From the NCBI GenBank assembly GCA_009877105.1, contig WXFD01000043.1:55602-119601 (forward strand): a DNA stretch of 64,000 bases, read 5' to 3'. Source of the stretch: Bacteroidales bacterium. GTDB lineage: Bacteria; Bacteroidota; Bacteroidia; Bacteroidales; VadinHA17. How positions within the stretch are numbered: the stretch's first letter is position 1; every line of letters begins with the position of its first letter. The position numbers and the translations under genes are program-made. A model generated the notes under the pieces. It had not been told where the DNA came from and ran no database searches. It saw only the letters and a list, made by a program, of their open reading frames with translations. Shown piece after piece: positions 8,452 through 17,654 of this stretch.

Positions 8452-9387
8452 ATGGCGAGAATATTAAACCGGAGGAAGTTCATCGGCACAACTTCCTTCA
8501 CTGCAGCTGGCGTGATGATGGGAAGCAGCTTTGCAGCAGGCTGTTCTCCGGATGTGCATCGGGCAGTTGAACCCTATGATATTATGGCTGATGTAATGAA
8601 ATACAGGAAGATCGATGCTCACTGCCATCCGGAAGATGATCTGGCAAAGCAGATCGAAACAGCCGACAGGCTGGGAATAGAGTGGCTTCAGATCTCCCGG
8701 CCTGTAACGAATTTTTCAGGCACGGAACCTGAAGGTCCTGATGTTGTGCGGCAGCATAACGATGAAGTATATAAAGCCATGAAAGCTTATCCCGGACGTT
8801 TTGTGGGTTTTTTTACCCTGAATCCGATCTACCGGAAAGAATCGCTTGAAGAGATTAAAAGATGTGTTGACCTCGGTATGTCCGGATACAAGGGTTATAT
8901 ACAGGTGAAAGTGAATGATCCGCTGTATTATCCCATAATCGAAAAACTGATCGACCTGAAAATGGTGGTTTTTATGCATACTTTCTGCCAGATGGGTATG
9001 GGGGGCTACAGGATGAAATACGATACCGGGCGGTTTCCGGGAACAACACTTCCCGAGGATATGGTTGAAGCAGCAAAAAGATATCCTGAAGCAATGTTTC
9101 ATTTTGCCCATATCGGGGGGGGCGGCGACTGGGAATATGAGTGCAAGATGCTTAAACAGTGCCCGAATATTTTTGTTGACACCGGGGGCAGCAACAATGA
9201 AGAACATATGATCGACTTTGCCATAGAACAGCTCGGAGAAGACCGGATCTTTTTCGGTACGGATAACTGTTACCATCATGGTATCGGTAAGATACTTGCC
9301 TCAAATGCCACCGAAGCACAGAAAAAGAAGATTTTCTTTGACAATTACAATAATCTGCTGAAAAGAGGAGGCCGGAATGTTGCTTGA
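8452..9387 (+). CDS. Metal-dependent amidohydrolase (TIM-barrel, amidohydrolase-2 type) with Tat signal and lipobox
   Basis: 311 aa. N-terminus NRRKFIGTTSFTAAGVMMGSSFAAGC (RR motif plus Cys). It has the IDAHCHP (D-x-H-x-H) metal motif and later HFAHIGGGG and FGTD. Confidence 0.75.
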   Translation: MARILNRRKFIGTTSFTAAGVMMGSSFAAGCSPDVHRAVEPYDIMADVMKYRKIDAHCHPEDDLAKQIETADRLGIEWLQISRPVTNFSGTEPEGPDVVRQHNDEVYKAMKAYPGRFVGFFTLNPIYRKESLEEIKRCVDLGMSGYKGYIQVKVNDPLYYPIIEKLIDLKMVVFMHTFCQMGMGGYRMKYDTGRFPGTTLPEDMVEAAKRYPEAMFHFAHIGGGGDWEYECKMLKQCPNIFVDTGGSNNEEHMIDFAIEQLGEDRIFFGTDNCYHHGIGKILASNATEAQKKKIFFDNYNNLLKRGGRNVA

Positions 9388-10216
9388 TATTAATGCATAT
9401 GTCGGCCACTGGCCGTTCAAGAAACTCCGGTACAACACCTGTGGAGAGCTTCTTGAAAGAATGAACAGGTTCGGGATAGATGTTTCTGTAGTTGCCAGTC
9501 TTAATGGTATTTTCTACAAGAACACTCAATCAGCCAATGAGGAATTGTACGGGGAAATCAGTTCCGATAGCCGCTTCCGGGAAAGATTCATCCCTTTTGC
9601 CATAATAAACCCGATATATGCCGGCTGGAAAGATGATTTTGAAATATCTGTAAACCGGCTGGGGATGAAAGGACTGCGATTGTTTCCCCAGTACCACGAC
9701 TACGAAATTACCGATCCTGCGCTTATTGAACTTGTGAAAATGGCACGCGACCGGGGGCTGCCTGTGGCATTTGATATCAGGATGGTCGACAGCCGGCAGA
9801 AATCATGGCTCGATCTGCCACATTATGATTTCTGTGCCCCGGTAAAGTCAGATATTATTTTCAGGGAATGGTCATTAAGAAATGTTTTACCGGTCATTAA
9901 AGCTGTCCCGGATGCAAAATATATAATCGTTAATCTCGCAAACAGTATTTCACTGGATGCCGGAGAAACGGATATCATAAAAAGGACTGATTTGGTTTTT
10001 GACACATCCGGAAGGTCAATAAGGGATAATAATGATCTGGCCCTGCTTTTAAAACGCTTTGGCAGGGAAAGGTTTGCATTTGGGACCCATTCTCCGATAC
10101 TCGACTATCTCACGGGCAGGCTCCGCATTGAGTCGATGAGTGATGATGAGGCTGATGAAAACACAAAAGAACTGATCAGATCAGGAAATGCAAAACGGAT
10201 ACTGGGCCTGGCATAA
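9377..10216 (+). CDS. Amidohydrolase-2-like protein, no signal peptide
   Basis: 279 aa. The MLLDINAYVGHWPF N-terminus is typical of an uncharacterised amidohydrolase-related subgroup. The start overlaps the upstream stop by 11 nt (ATGTTGCTTGA). Confidence 0.65.
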   Translation: MLLDINAYVGHWPFKKLRYNTCGELLERMNRFGIDVSVVASLNGIFYKNTQSANEELYGEISSDSRFRERFIPFAIINPIYAGWKDDFEISVNRLGMKGLRLFPQYHDYEITDPALIELVKMARDRGLPVAFDIRMVDSRQKSWLDLPHYDFCAPVKSDIIFREWSLRNVLPVIKAVPDAKYIIVNLANSISLDAGETDIIKRTDLVFDTSGRSIRDNNDLALLLKRFGRERFAFGTHSPILDYLTGRLRIESMSDDEADENTKELIRSGNAKRILGLA

Positions 10217-10428
10217 GATCAGGTGTCGGCAGATCCCCGCTTTGCAGGTTTCAGGAAAATTATTCAGATAGCTGCCTGCATAGAACACGATTGAGCTATT
10301 TTATTCAGCCGGGAGAATAATTTTTGCTGTTCATTGGTATATGCGGAAAAAGCCCTGTTTAAGTATTGTCCCGGGAGTCATTAAAAGGAATAATATGCAA
10401 CTTATTAATTCATAAACCAGTAAATTCA

Positions 10429-12087
10429 ATGATGATGAAAAATCTCTTGCAAAAATCAGCTGTTATTGGAATAACAGTGGCTCTGCTGAGCTCTGTTTCC
10501 AGTTATGCCCAGTCATTATGGAAGACTGCCCTGAACAACAAGGATGTTCTTGTATTATCAACCCTGTTTACGGCACAGGATTGCCGCGACAAGATCAACA
10601 CAGCTGAAGGCCTTGATGCAGCTGTTAAATGGTGTAAGGAAACCGGACTTACCAGGGTTTTTATTGAAAGCTTCCGGGGTGGATATTATGCTGAAAAAGA
10701 AACTCTTGTCAATGCAAGGGATCGCTTTAGGAAAGAAGGATTTGATGTGGCAGGTTGCGTAACTACTGTGAGGGTAGGAAAGAACGGTGTGGGTGGTTGG
10801 GGGATGACCCCGTGTTATACCCATGAGAGTACGGTTAAGGAGTTTGAAAAGATCTTTGAATATACCGCATCGATATTTGACCTGATAATGATCGATGATT
10901 TCCTCTTCACCGAATGTACATGCGAAGACTGTATTGCCGCAAAAGGTGATCTTACCTGGGCTAAGTTCCGCAGCGACCTCCTTGTGAAATTCAGCAATGA
11001 TCATATCATCAGGCCGGCAAAAAGGGTTAATCCGAAAGCGGAAATCATTATTAAATATCCTCTGTGGTACGATTATTTCCATGAGCGTGGCTATGAGGTT
11101 GTAAGGGAGAGCATGGACTATGACTATACCTGGGTGGGTACCGAGACCCGTGATTACAATTTCGATATAAAACCCGGGGGAACTGTTCAGTACAATGCCT
11201 TTTTTATCATGAGGTGGCTCGACGGAATCGGTGCAGGCAAAGCCGGCGGCGGATGGATCGATGCTCTCGGTACTACACCGAAATACTATGTGGAGCAGGC
11301 CCGCCAGACTGTTCTGGGAAATGGCAGGGAGATTATGCTTTTCCATTACGGGAGCCTGCAGACAAATTCAAATACATATGATGGCTGGGATGGGACGCCC
11401 ATTGCCGATGTTGATGCACTTAAGAAAGAGATCCCTCTTCTGTTCGATCTTGCACGGCTTGTCAGAGGCAAAGCCCTGAAGGGTATTTATCTGCCAAAGC
11501 TGCCAAACAGTGAGCCCATCAAAGAGCCGTATATTTTCAGTTACCTGGGAATGCTTGGCCTGCCTCTCATACCTGGTCATGAACTGACAAGCAGCGATCC
11601 CTCGGTGATCTATACAACACATGCTCTCAAAGACCCGTCGTTTTCCTCCAAGCTTTACAGTGTTCTCAATTCGGGAAAGCAGGTAGCGGTGACGGAAGAG
11701 CTGGCAAATCGACTGTCAGATCAGACCCTGCTTGAAAATAAAAATCTGATGGTATTCAAATCGGGTGATGACCCAAAAAAATTCCTGAAAATGACAAAAG
11801 AGGAAATCCAACCTCTCCGCGACCGCCTGCTTGCTCCGCTGGGAATTAAATTCAATGCCCCCGTTAAAGTCTCATTCTATCTTTTAGGTGACAGTCATAT
11901 CGTGATTGAAAATTTCAATGATGAACCTGTGGATGCAACAATCGAACTGCCAAAGGTTACTGATGCACGTCAGGCCTTGTTGATCCCCTCGGGCGGAAAA
12001 GCGGCTCTTTCAAAAAACGGGAATGTTGTGACCCTGAAAGGGATCTCGCCGAGAACACTTGTTGCTTTTGAATACAGACAGCAATAG
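10429..12087 (+). CDS. Exported protein of unknown function (552 aa), possibly TIM-barrel glycosidase-like with a C-terminal beta-sandwich
   Basis: ATG ATG ATG at 10429 precedes signal peptide MMMKNLLQKSAVIGITVALLSSVSSYA|Q, whereas the track start at 10366 is TTG. There is a Cys cluster FTECTCEDC. The fold suggestion is inference only. Confidence 0.6.
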   Translation: MMMKNLLQKSAVIGITVALLSSVSSYAQSLWKTALNNKDVLVLSTLFTAQDCRDKINTAEGLDAAVKWCKETGLTRVFIESFRGGYYAEKETLVNARDRFRKEGFDVAGCVTTVRVGKNGVGGWGMTPCYTHESTVKEFEKIFEYTASIFDLIMIDDFLFTECTCEDCIAAKGDLTWAKFRSDLLVKFSNDHIIRPAKRVNPKAEIIIKYPLWYDYFHERGYEVVRESMDYDYTWVGTETRDYNFDIKPGGTVQYNAFFIMRWLDGIGAGKAGGGWIDALGTTPKYYVEQARQTVLGNGREIMLFHYGSLQTNSNTYDGWDGTPIADVDALKKEIPLLFDLARLVRGKALKGIYLPKLPNSEPIKEPYIFSYLGMLGLPLIPGHELTSSDPSVIYTTHALKDPSFSSKLYSVLNSGKQVAVTEELANRLSDQTLLENKNLMVFKSGDDPKKFLKMTKEEIQPLRDRLLAPLGIKFNAPVKVSFYLLGDSHIVIENFNDEPVDATIELPKVTDARQALLIPSGGKAALSKNGNVVTLKGISPRTLVAFEYRQQ

Positions 12088-12188
12088 GAATATTGACGCT
12101 CAAATTCGATAAATTTGCACTGCTGGCATGATATGAGTGTTATTGCTGGCAGTATATCATTTAAATAAAAAACTAATTTTCTGAGAGT

Positions 12189-13505
12189 ATGAAATTTCCG
12201 CTAAGTCTTACTTGTGTTTTTATCGTGGCTTTCATGGCCTCTTGTGGTGTTTCTCCCGGAAAAAAGAAGCAAAAGGAACTTGCCCGCATGATAGTGAATG
12301 ATGAATATTTCGCTTTCACAAAGAAAAAGGCACTTGAGGTAATGAAGACCGGATTTAATGCCGGAGACGGTTACAGGGAAGTATGGATCCGCGACTATAA
12401 TACTTTTATAAAACTGGCTTCCGAAGTATTTCCCGGGGAAGACCTGAAGGAGAACCTGCTGGTGTTCTTCCGCATGCAGGGAGCAGACGGGAATATTATT
12501 GACGGTTTTACGCCGGCGGAACAGATAAGTGGTGATAAATCGGATTTTATTTATTCTGAACTCGAACCCCGGTACGCGGGTCATAAGAACACTGTGGAAA
12601 CTGACCAGGAATCCTCACTGGTCCAGGCTGTGTACAAATATGTTAAAACAACAGGAGACCGCGCATTTCTGGATGAGGAAGTCAATAAAAAAACTGTTGC
12701 CGAACGGCTGACTGATGCCATGGATTTTTTGCTGAACCACAGATTCAGCAGGGAATACGGACTGATAATCGGTGCCACCACTGCCGATTGGGGTGATGTT
12801 CAGCCGGAACATGGCTGGGGCGTGGATATTGATGAGAACACCCATCCTGCAATAGATATTTATGACAATGCCATGTTTATCATTGCGCTGGATAATCTGG
12901 CAGAACTCGTTCCCGCAACAGCAGAAAAATTTGGTAATATAAGGGATTCACTTGCACACAATTGCAGGAAATATCTCTGGGATGCTTCAGCTGGTAAATT
13001 CAGGCCTCATATTTACCTCGACAGGGGCTCCCCGTTCCCTCCCGACTTTGATGAGAACCAGATCTATTATTTCGGAGGTACTGCCATAGCCATTGAAGCC
13101 GGACTCCTCAGCCGGGATGAGATCAAAATGTCGCTGGATGAAATGATAAGAAGGGTGAAGCTTGCCGGAGCAGCCACTATCGGGTTAACACTTTATCCTC
13201 CTTATCCGGAGGGATTCTTTGCCAACAGGATAATGAATCCGGAGTACAGTTATCAGAATGGCGGAGACTGGACATGGTTCGGGGGAAGGATGATACAGCA
13301 GCTTGTAGTTCATGGGTTCGTTGAGGAGGCCTATGAACAGATAGCACCGATGGTGAAACGGGTGAAAGACAACAATGGCTTTTATGAGTGGTATTCAATC
13401 GATAACCAGCCCAGGGGATCGGGAACGTTCAGGGGTGAAGCGGGAGTTTTGTATGATGCGATAAACATGCTTGAAAAGTGGGCAGGTAAAATTGAAATGA
13501 TGTGA
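12189..13505 (+). CDS. Six-hairpin (alpha/alpha)6 glycoside hydrolase-like lipoprotein
   Basis: 438 aa with lipobox FMASC. Motifs EVWIRDYNTF, ETDQESSLV, ATTADWGDV and YQNGGDWTWFGG resemble the GH15/GH63/debranching-enzyme superfamily. The exact family is not assignable by eye. Confidence 0.6.
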   Translation: MKFPLSLTCVFIVAFMASCGVSPGKKKQKELARMIVNDEYFAFTKKKALEVMKTGFNAGDGYREVWIRDYNTFIKLASEVFPGEDLKENLLVFFRMQGADGNIIDGFTPAEQISGDKSDFIYSELEPRYAGHKNTVETDQESSLVQAVYKYVKTTGDRAFLDEEVNKKTVAERLTDAMDFLLNHRFSREYGLIIGATTADWGDVQPEHGWGVDIDENTHPAIDIYDNAMFIIALDNLAELVPATAEKFGNIRDSLAHNCRKYLWDASAGKFRPHIYLDRGSPFPPDFDENQIYYFGGTAIAIEAGLLSRDEIKMSLDEMIRRVKLAGAATIGLTLYPPYPEGFFANRIMNPEYSYQNGGDWTWFGGRMIQQLVVHGFVEEAYEQIAPMVKRVKDNNGFYEWYSIDNQPRGSGTFRGEAGVLYDAINMLEKWAGKIEMM

Positions 13506-13712
13506 TTCAGGCCAAAAAATGTCGGACAACTTTCTGACAGAAATAACCAAAGAAGCCGGGGTTCAGTGAAAAAGAAACATAGTTTGTAACTGACCGGAAC
13601 TGATCAGAAAGGATGTGAGGAATGAGAAACAAGCATTATATGAGGCGTTTGAAATGTGTTGGATAATGTACCCGGTAAAATCCGGTATAATCCTGCAAAT
13701 TCAGATTATATT

Positions 13713-16643
13713 ATGAATATGAGATTTTCGATTTTTTTTCTGATTGTTTTTATAACGGTTTTGCCATCATCATTCGGGCAGGATTACCCGAGCCGCCAAA
13801 GGCCGGCATCTTCTTTTCCGGATTCAGTCAGGTATGAGGTTAGACCCTACTATCGGCATCGCCAGGATGGAAAACCCGGGAGGGAGGTGATGCTGTATTT
13901 TCCGGGGAACAGATTTGTTGGCCGGGGTACGTTGTCGGTCGAATATAACGGCCAGTCAGAAAAAATAAATATTGAAAAACCTGAGGGTATTGATAGTCTG
14001 GCAGTTCTGCTTCCCGAAGGTATTGGTGTAAGTTCGGATGATGAGGTAACGGTGCAACTGAGCAGCGGCAGGAAAAAAATAACAACCGGCATCAGAGTGC
14101 CCCGTAAACGGCAGTGGACCGTATACATCTACCCTCATTCACACGTGGATATTGGATATACAAATACCCATGAAAATGTGGAGCTAATTCACAAACGAAA
14201 CCTGATATACGGTATTGATCTCGCAAAAAGAACCCAAAACTACCCTGATGGTGCAAAATATCTCTGGAACCCTGAGGTACTCTGGCCTGTTGAGAGGTAT
14301 CTGAGTAAAGCAAATGAAAGACAAAAACAGGCTGTCATAGAGGCTGTTCAGAAAGGCTGGCTCCAACTGGATGCCGGCTATGTACATACCAATACATCCG
14401 CTGCGGCAGACGAGGAGCTCTTTGAGTTTTTCAGGATTTGTTCCCGGATGAAAGAACTGACGGGGAAAAATATAGAGACTCTGGTTCAGGTTGACATCCC
14501 GGGAATGACTTGGGGAATTGTTCCCGTTGCAGCAGCCATGGGAATAAAGTATTGCCTTGCATTGAATAATGGATTCGACAGGGTGGGATTGTCAACCGAT
14601 TTAAGTTTCAAACCCTTCTGGTGGAAAAGCCAGGATGGGAAATCCAGGATTCTTTTCTTTCAGCCGGGAAGTTATAATCCCGGTGCCATTTACAAGGGAT
14701 TCCAGTACTGGCCATTGATGGCCGGACATACTGACAGTACCACGCTTCTGAAGATCGTAAAATCGGATAATCCCCGGGCTTTCTTTGTTGATAAGTATCT
14801 CGCGGAAAAACTTCCCATGCTTGAGAACTCGAATTATTATCCCTATGATATTTTTCTCATGACCTGGGCAATGGCAGACAATACTCCGATAGATGCAGAT
14901 CTTCCCGAAGCTGTCAGAAGCTGGAATGAAGAATATGCATATCCTCATCTTATAATAGCCGGTGCAACCCAGATGATGAAGGCCTTTGATGATAAGTATG
15001 GAGACAGTCTTCCCGTTCTGTCGGGCGATTTTACGGAATACTGGACCGACGGACTGGGGACGGCGGCAAAATATACCGCTATGAACAGGGCTTCGAAGGA
15101 AAGGCTCATACAGGTTGAAACCCTTTGGGCTATGCTTAACAGAGACCTGCCGCCCCCGCGAAGGGAGATCTCAGAGGCCTGGCGGAATATAATTCTGGGT
15201 ACAGAACACACCTGGTGCTTCATGGATCCGCAGAAGCAGCCCATAACCAATGACATACTGAAAGTTAAATTCGGATTTTTTGAAACAGCACGGGAAATGA
15301 GTTCATCCCTTCTTGACAGGTCGTTCGAACGAATCAGGCAGGAGAACAGCAGGTTTATTGCTGTTTTTAATACACTTTCATGGGAACGGGATGGAATAAT
15401 ATATCTTGCCCCGGATCAGGCCGGGAATTACAATTCCGTAATCGATGATAAAGGCCGGCAACTTTCATGTCAGAAGCTTGCATCCGGCGGACTGGTTTTT
15501 GCGGCAGGCAGGATCCCTGCCCTTGGTTCAGTCGTGTACACTCTCAGTAAAAAGAAAGTAAGGAGTGCCGGCGCCATTGCAGCGGGCTATACCCTTGATA
15601 ACGGCATAATCAGAGTAACACTCGATCCCCGGACAGGAGATATATCGAGCCTCATCAGTTCGGGGTATGATTATGCCGAAAGTGGTTCAGAAAGCCTCAT
15701 TAACAGTTACCGGTACCTGCATGGAGAGGATCCGCCGGAAAAGGCAACGTCTGCTAAGAATGTCAGGATAACTTTAAAGGAGAATGGTCCGTTGCTTGCG
15801 ACACTTCAGGTTATATCGGATGCAGAAGGTTGCAGGAGCCTTGTCCGCGAAATCACCCTTTATTCCGGGCAGCCTTTTGTGGATATCAGAAATATTGTTG
15901 ACAAGATAGCGGTAACCGAAAAAGAAGGGATTCACTTTGGTTTTGGATTCAATGTTCCTTCGCCGGCTGTCAGGTTCGACATTCCCTGGGGAGTGACCGA
16001 ACTGGAAAAGGATCAGCTGCCGGAAGCAAACAGGAACTGGATTACTTTCCAGCGCTGGCTGGACATTTCCAACAGTGACAGGGGAGTGACGTTCTGTTCT
16101 CCCGATGCTCCCCTGTTCCAGAATGGAACCATTACTGCAAATATTCTGGGCGGAGCTGCCAATTCCCCGAAATGGATACGAAAATTGGAACCCTCATCCA
16201 TAATATACTCCTGGGCTCTTAATAATCACTGGCACACCAACTTTCCGCTGAGCCAGGATGGATCGATTGAATTCCGTTACAGGTTACTGCCTCATAATTC
16301 AGGATATGATGCCGCGGTTTCGAACAGGTTTGGACTGGAACAGGCTCAGCCACTCATTGCATGCCCGGCAGGAAAGGAAATCCAGGTCCAGGCACCCCTG
16401 CAATTTGAAGGTAGCAGGAATATTTTTCTTACCATATTGAAAGTCGGGGAGACGGGGAAGTCAATGATTTTAAGATTCCGTTCCGTGTCAGACAGCGATG
16501 AGAAAATTACCCTGAACTGGCCAGAGGATAAACAGGTATCACTTAGAATTGCAGGACCGGACGAAAGGTTTATTGAGATGGCAGATGACGGTCAGCTCAT
16601 TGTTCCTGCCAAAGGGTTTGTAACACTGGAAGCAGAATGGTGA
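13713..16643 (+). CDS. Glycoside hydrolase family 38 (alpha-mannosidase-like), exported
   Basis: The internal ATG at 13713 gives signal-like MNMRFSIFFLIVFITVLPSSFGQ. It has the GH38 N-terminal metal-site motif YIYPHSHVDIGYT and a size (~976 aa) typical of bacterial GH38. Confidence 0.8.
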   Translation: MNMRFSIFFLIVFITVLPSSFGQDYPSRQRPASSFPDSVRYEVRPYYRHRQDGKPGREVMLYFPGNRFVGRGTLSVEYNGQSEKINIEKPEGIDSLAVLLPEGIGVSSDDEVTVQLSSGRKKITTGIRVPRKRQWTVYIYPHSHVDIGYTNTHENVELIHKRNLIYGIDLAKRTQNYPDGAKYLWNPEVLWPVERYLSKANERQKQAVIEAVQKGWLQLDAGYVHTNTSAAADEELFEFFRICSRMKELTGKNIETLVQVDIPGMTWGIVPVAAAMGIKYCLALNNGFDRVGLSTDLSFKPFWWKSQDGKSRILFFQPGSYNPGAIYKGFQYWPLMAGHTDSTTLLKIVKSDNPRAFFVDKYLAEKLPMLENSNYYPYDIFLMTWAMADNTPIDADLPEAVRSWNEEYAYPHLIIAGATQMMKAFDDKYGDSLPVLSGDFTEYWTDGLGTAAKYTAMNRASKERLIQVETLWAMLNRDLPPPRREISEAWRNIILGTEHTWCFMDPQKQPITNDILKVKFGFFETAREMSSSLLDRSFERIRQENSRFIAVFNTLSWERDGIIYLAPDQAGNYNSVIDDKGRQLSCQKLASGGLVFAAGRIPALGSVVYTLSKKKVRSAGAIAAGYTLDNGIIRVTLDPRTGDISSLISSGYDYAESGSESLINSYRYLHGEDPPEKATSAKNVRITLKENGPLLATLQVISDAEGCRSLVREITLYSGQPFVDIRNIVDKIAVTEKEGIHFGFGFNVPSPAVRFDIPWGVTELEKDQLPEANRNWITFQRWLDISNSDRGVTFCSPDAPLFQNGTITANILGGAANSPKWIRKLEPSSIIYSWALNNHWHTNFPLSQDGSIEFRYRLLPHNSGYDAAVSNRFGLEQAQPLIACPAGKEIQVQAPLQFEGSRNIFLTILKVGETGKSMILRFRSVSDSDEKITLNWPEDKQVSLRIAGPDERFIEMADDGQLIVPAKGFVTLEAEW

Positions 16644-16793
16644 CCTGATGCAGAGCCCGCCTCAATACAGGTGACGGATGGTTTTTGGGTCTTTGCAGGT
16701 GAATAATGACATACCCGTTTTTTGCGGCACCAGTATGTGAGGATCATTTCTGCATGCTGGCGAAGATTGTTTTTTGTTTATAAATAATCATAA

Positions 16794-16801
16794 TATATTT
16801 G
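16794..16801 (+). promoter_or_regulatory. Candidate promoter (-7 TATATTTG; TTTG at 16773-16776)
   Basis: TAnnTTTG match 28 nt upstream of the ATG at 16829, with TTTG 18 nt further upstream. Confidence 0.4.
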
Positions 16802-16828
16802 ACTATCAAACAAATCTAATTTTAAGAA

Positions 16829-17587
16829 ATGCGAAACTCAGTAACAGGAGGTATTCTGTCTGCCTTATTTGTCTTACTGACAACATCGTCGGGACATGCC
16901 CAGAACGAGCGGCTGTCATTCGGTAAGTCCGTATCGTTAGACAAAGCCATTTTCAGTACAAAGGAGAAAGAGCAGCCGTTGATCTGGATAAATGTAAATA
17001 CGGATCGGGATACATGGCATGTTGAGAAGGATATCCTGGTCTGCTCCGGTAAACCCATAGGAGTTATGAGATCGGAAAAGCAATATGAGAACTTCATCAT
17101 GCATGTTGAGTGGAAACACCTCGAGGCCGGGGGAAATTCCGGCACCTTTGTGTGGAGCAGTGCTAATCCTCCTGCTGATTCCCGTCTGCCTGACGGAGTG
17201 GAAGTGCAAATGCTGGAGCTTGACTGGATCAGGCTTAATACCAGGGACGGGGTTGTTCCTCCTGAGGCCTATGTTCATGGCGAACTTTTTGGTGTCGGCG
17301 GGGTTACCACGGTCCCTGACAACCCGAGGGGAAACAGAAGCAAATCAATTGAAAACCGCTGCAAGGGCAGGGGTGAATGGAACACCTATGATGTCGTTTG
17401 CGTTGATGGGGTAATTAAATTGTCGGTTAACGGAAAGTTTGTTAACGGAATAGCCGGAGCTTCTCAGAAGAAAGGCTATATATGCCTTGAATCGGAAGGA
17501 GCCCCGATTCATTTCCGGAATTTAAGGATTATTGAATTGCCAGCCGGAACAACCTCAGATGAGCAATCTGCACCCCTATTGAAATAG
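16829..17587 (+). CDS. DUF1080 (3-keto-disaccharide hydrolase-like) domain protein, exported
   Basis: 252 aa with a signal peptide. It shows the characteristic layout W..E.D.L.. then [13 protein letters not shown] and the C-terminal [22 protein letters not shown]. Confidence 0.8.
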   Translation: MRNSVTGGILSALFVLLTTSSGHAQNERLSFGKSVSLDKAIFSTKEKEQPLIWINVNTDRDTWHVEKDILVCSGKPIGVMRSEKQYENFIMHVEWKHLEAGGNSGTFVWSSANPPADSRLPDGVEVQMLELDWIRLNTRDGVVPPEAYVHGELFGVGGVTTVPDNPRGNRSKSIENRCKGRGEWNTYDVVCVDGVIKLSVNGKFVNGIAGASQKKGYICLESEGAPIHFRNLRIIELPAGTTSDEQSAPLLK

Positions 17588-17654
17588 TCTTTTCCGGGAT
17601 CTGGTTTACTAAATACTTTCGGATTTTCCAAGGTTACAACATCATATCTCTTAA

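Noticed and set aside
10558-11346. 262-aa minus-strand ORF inside gene 10429-12087
   Set aside because: It is antisense to a longer ORF that has a signal peptide and a coherent domain layout. There are no motifs and the composition is low-complexity.
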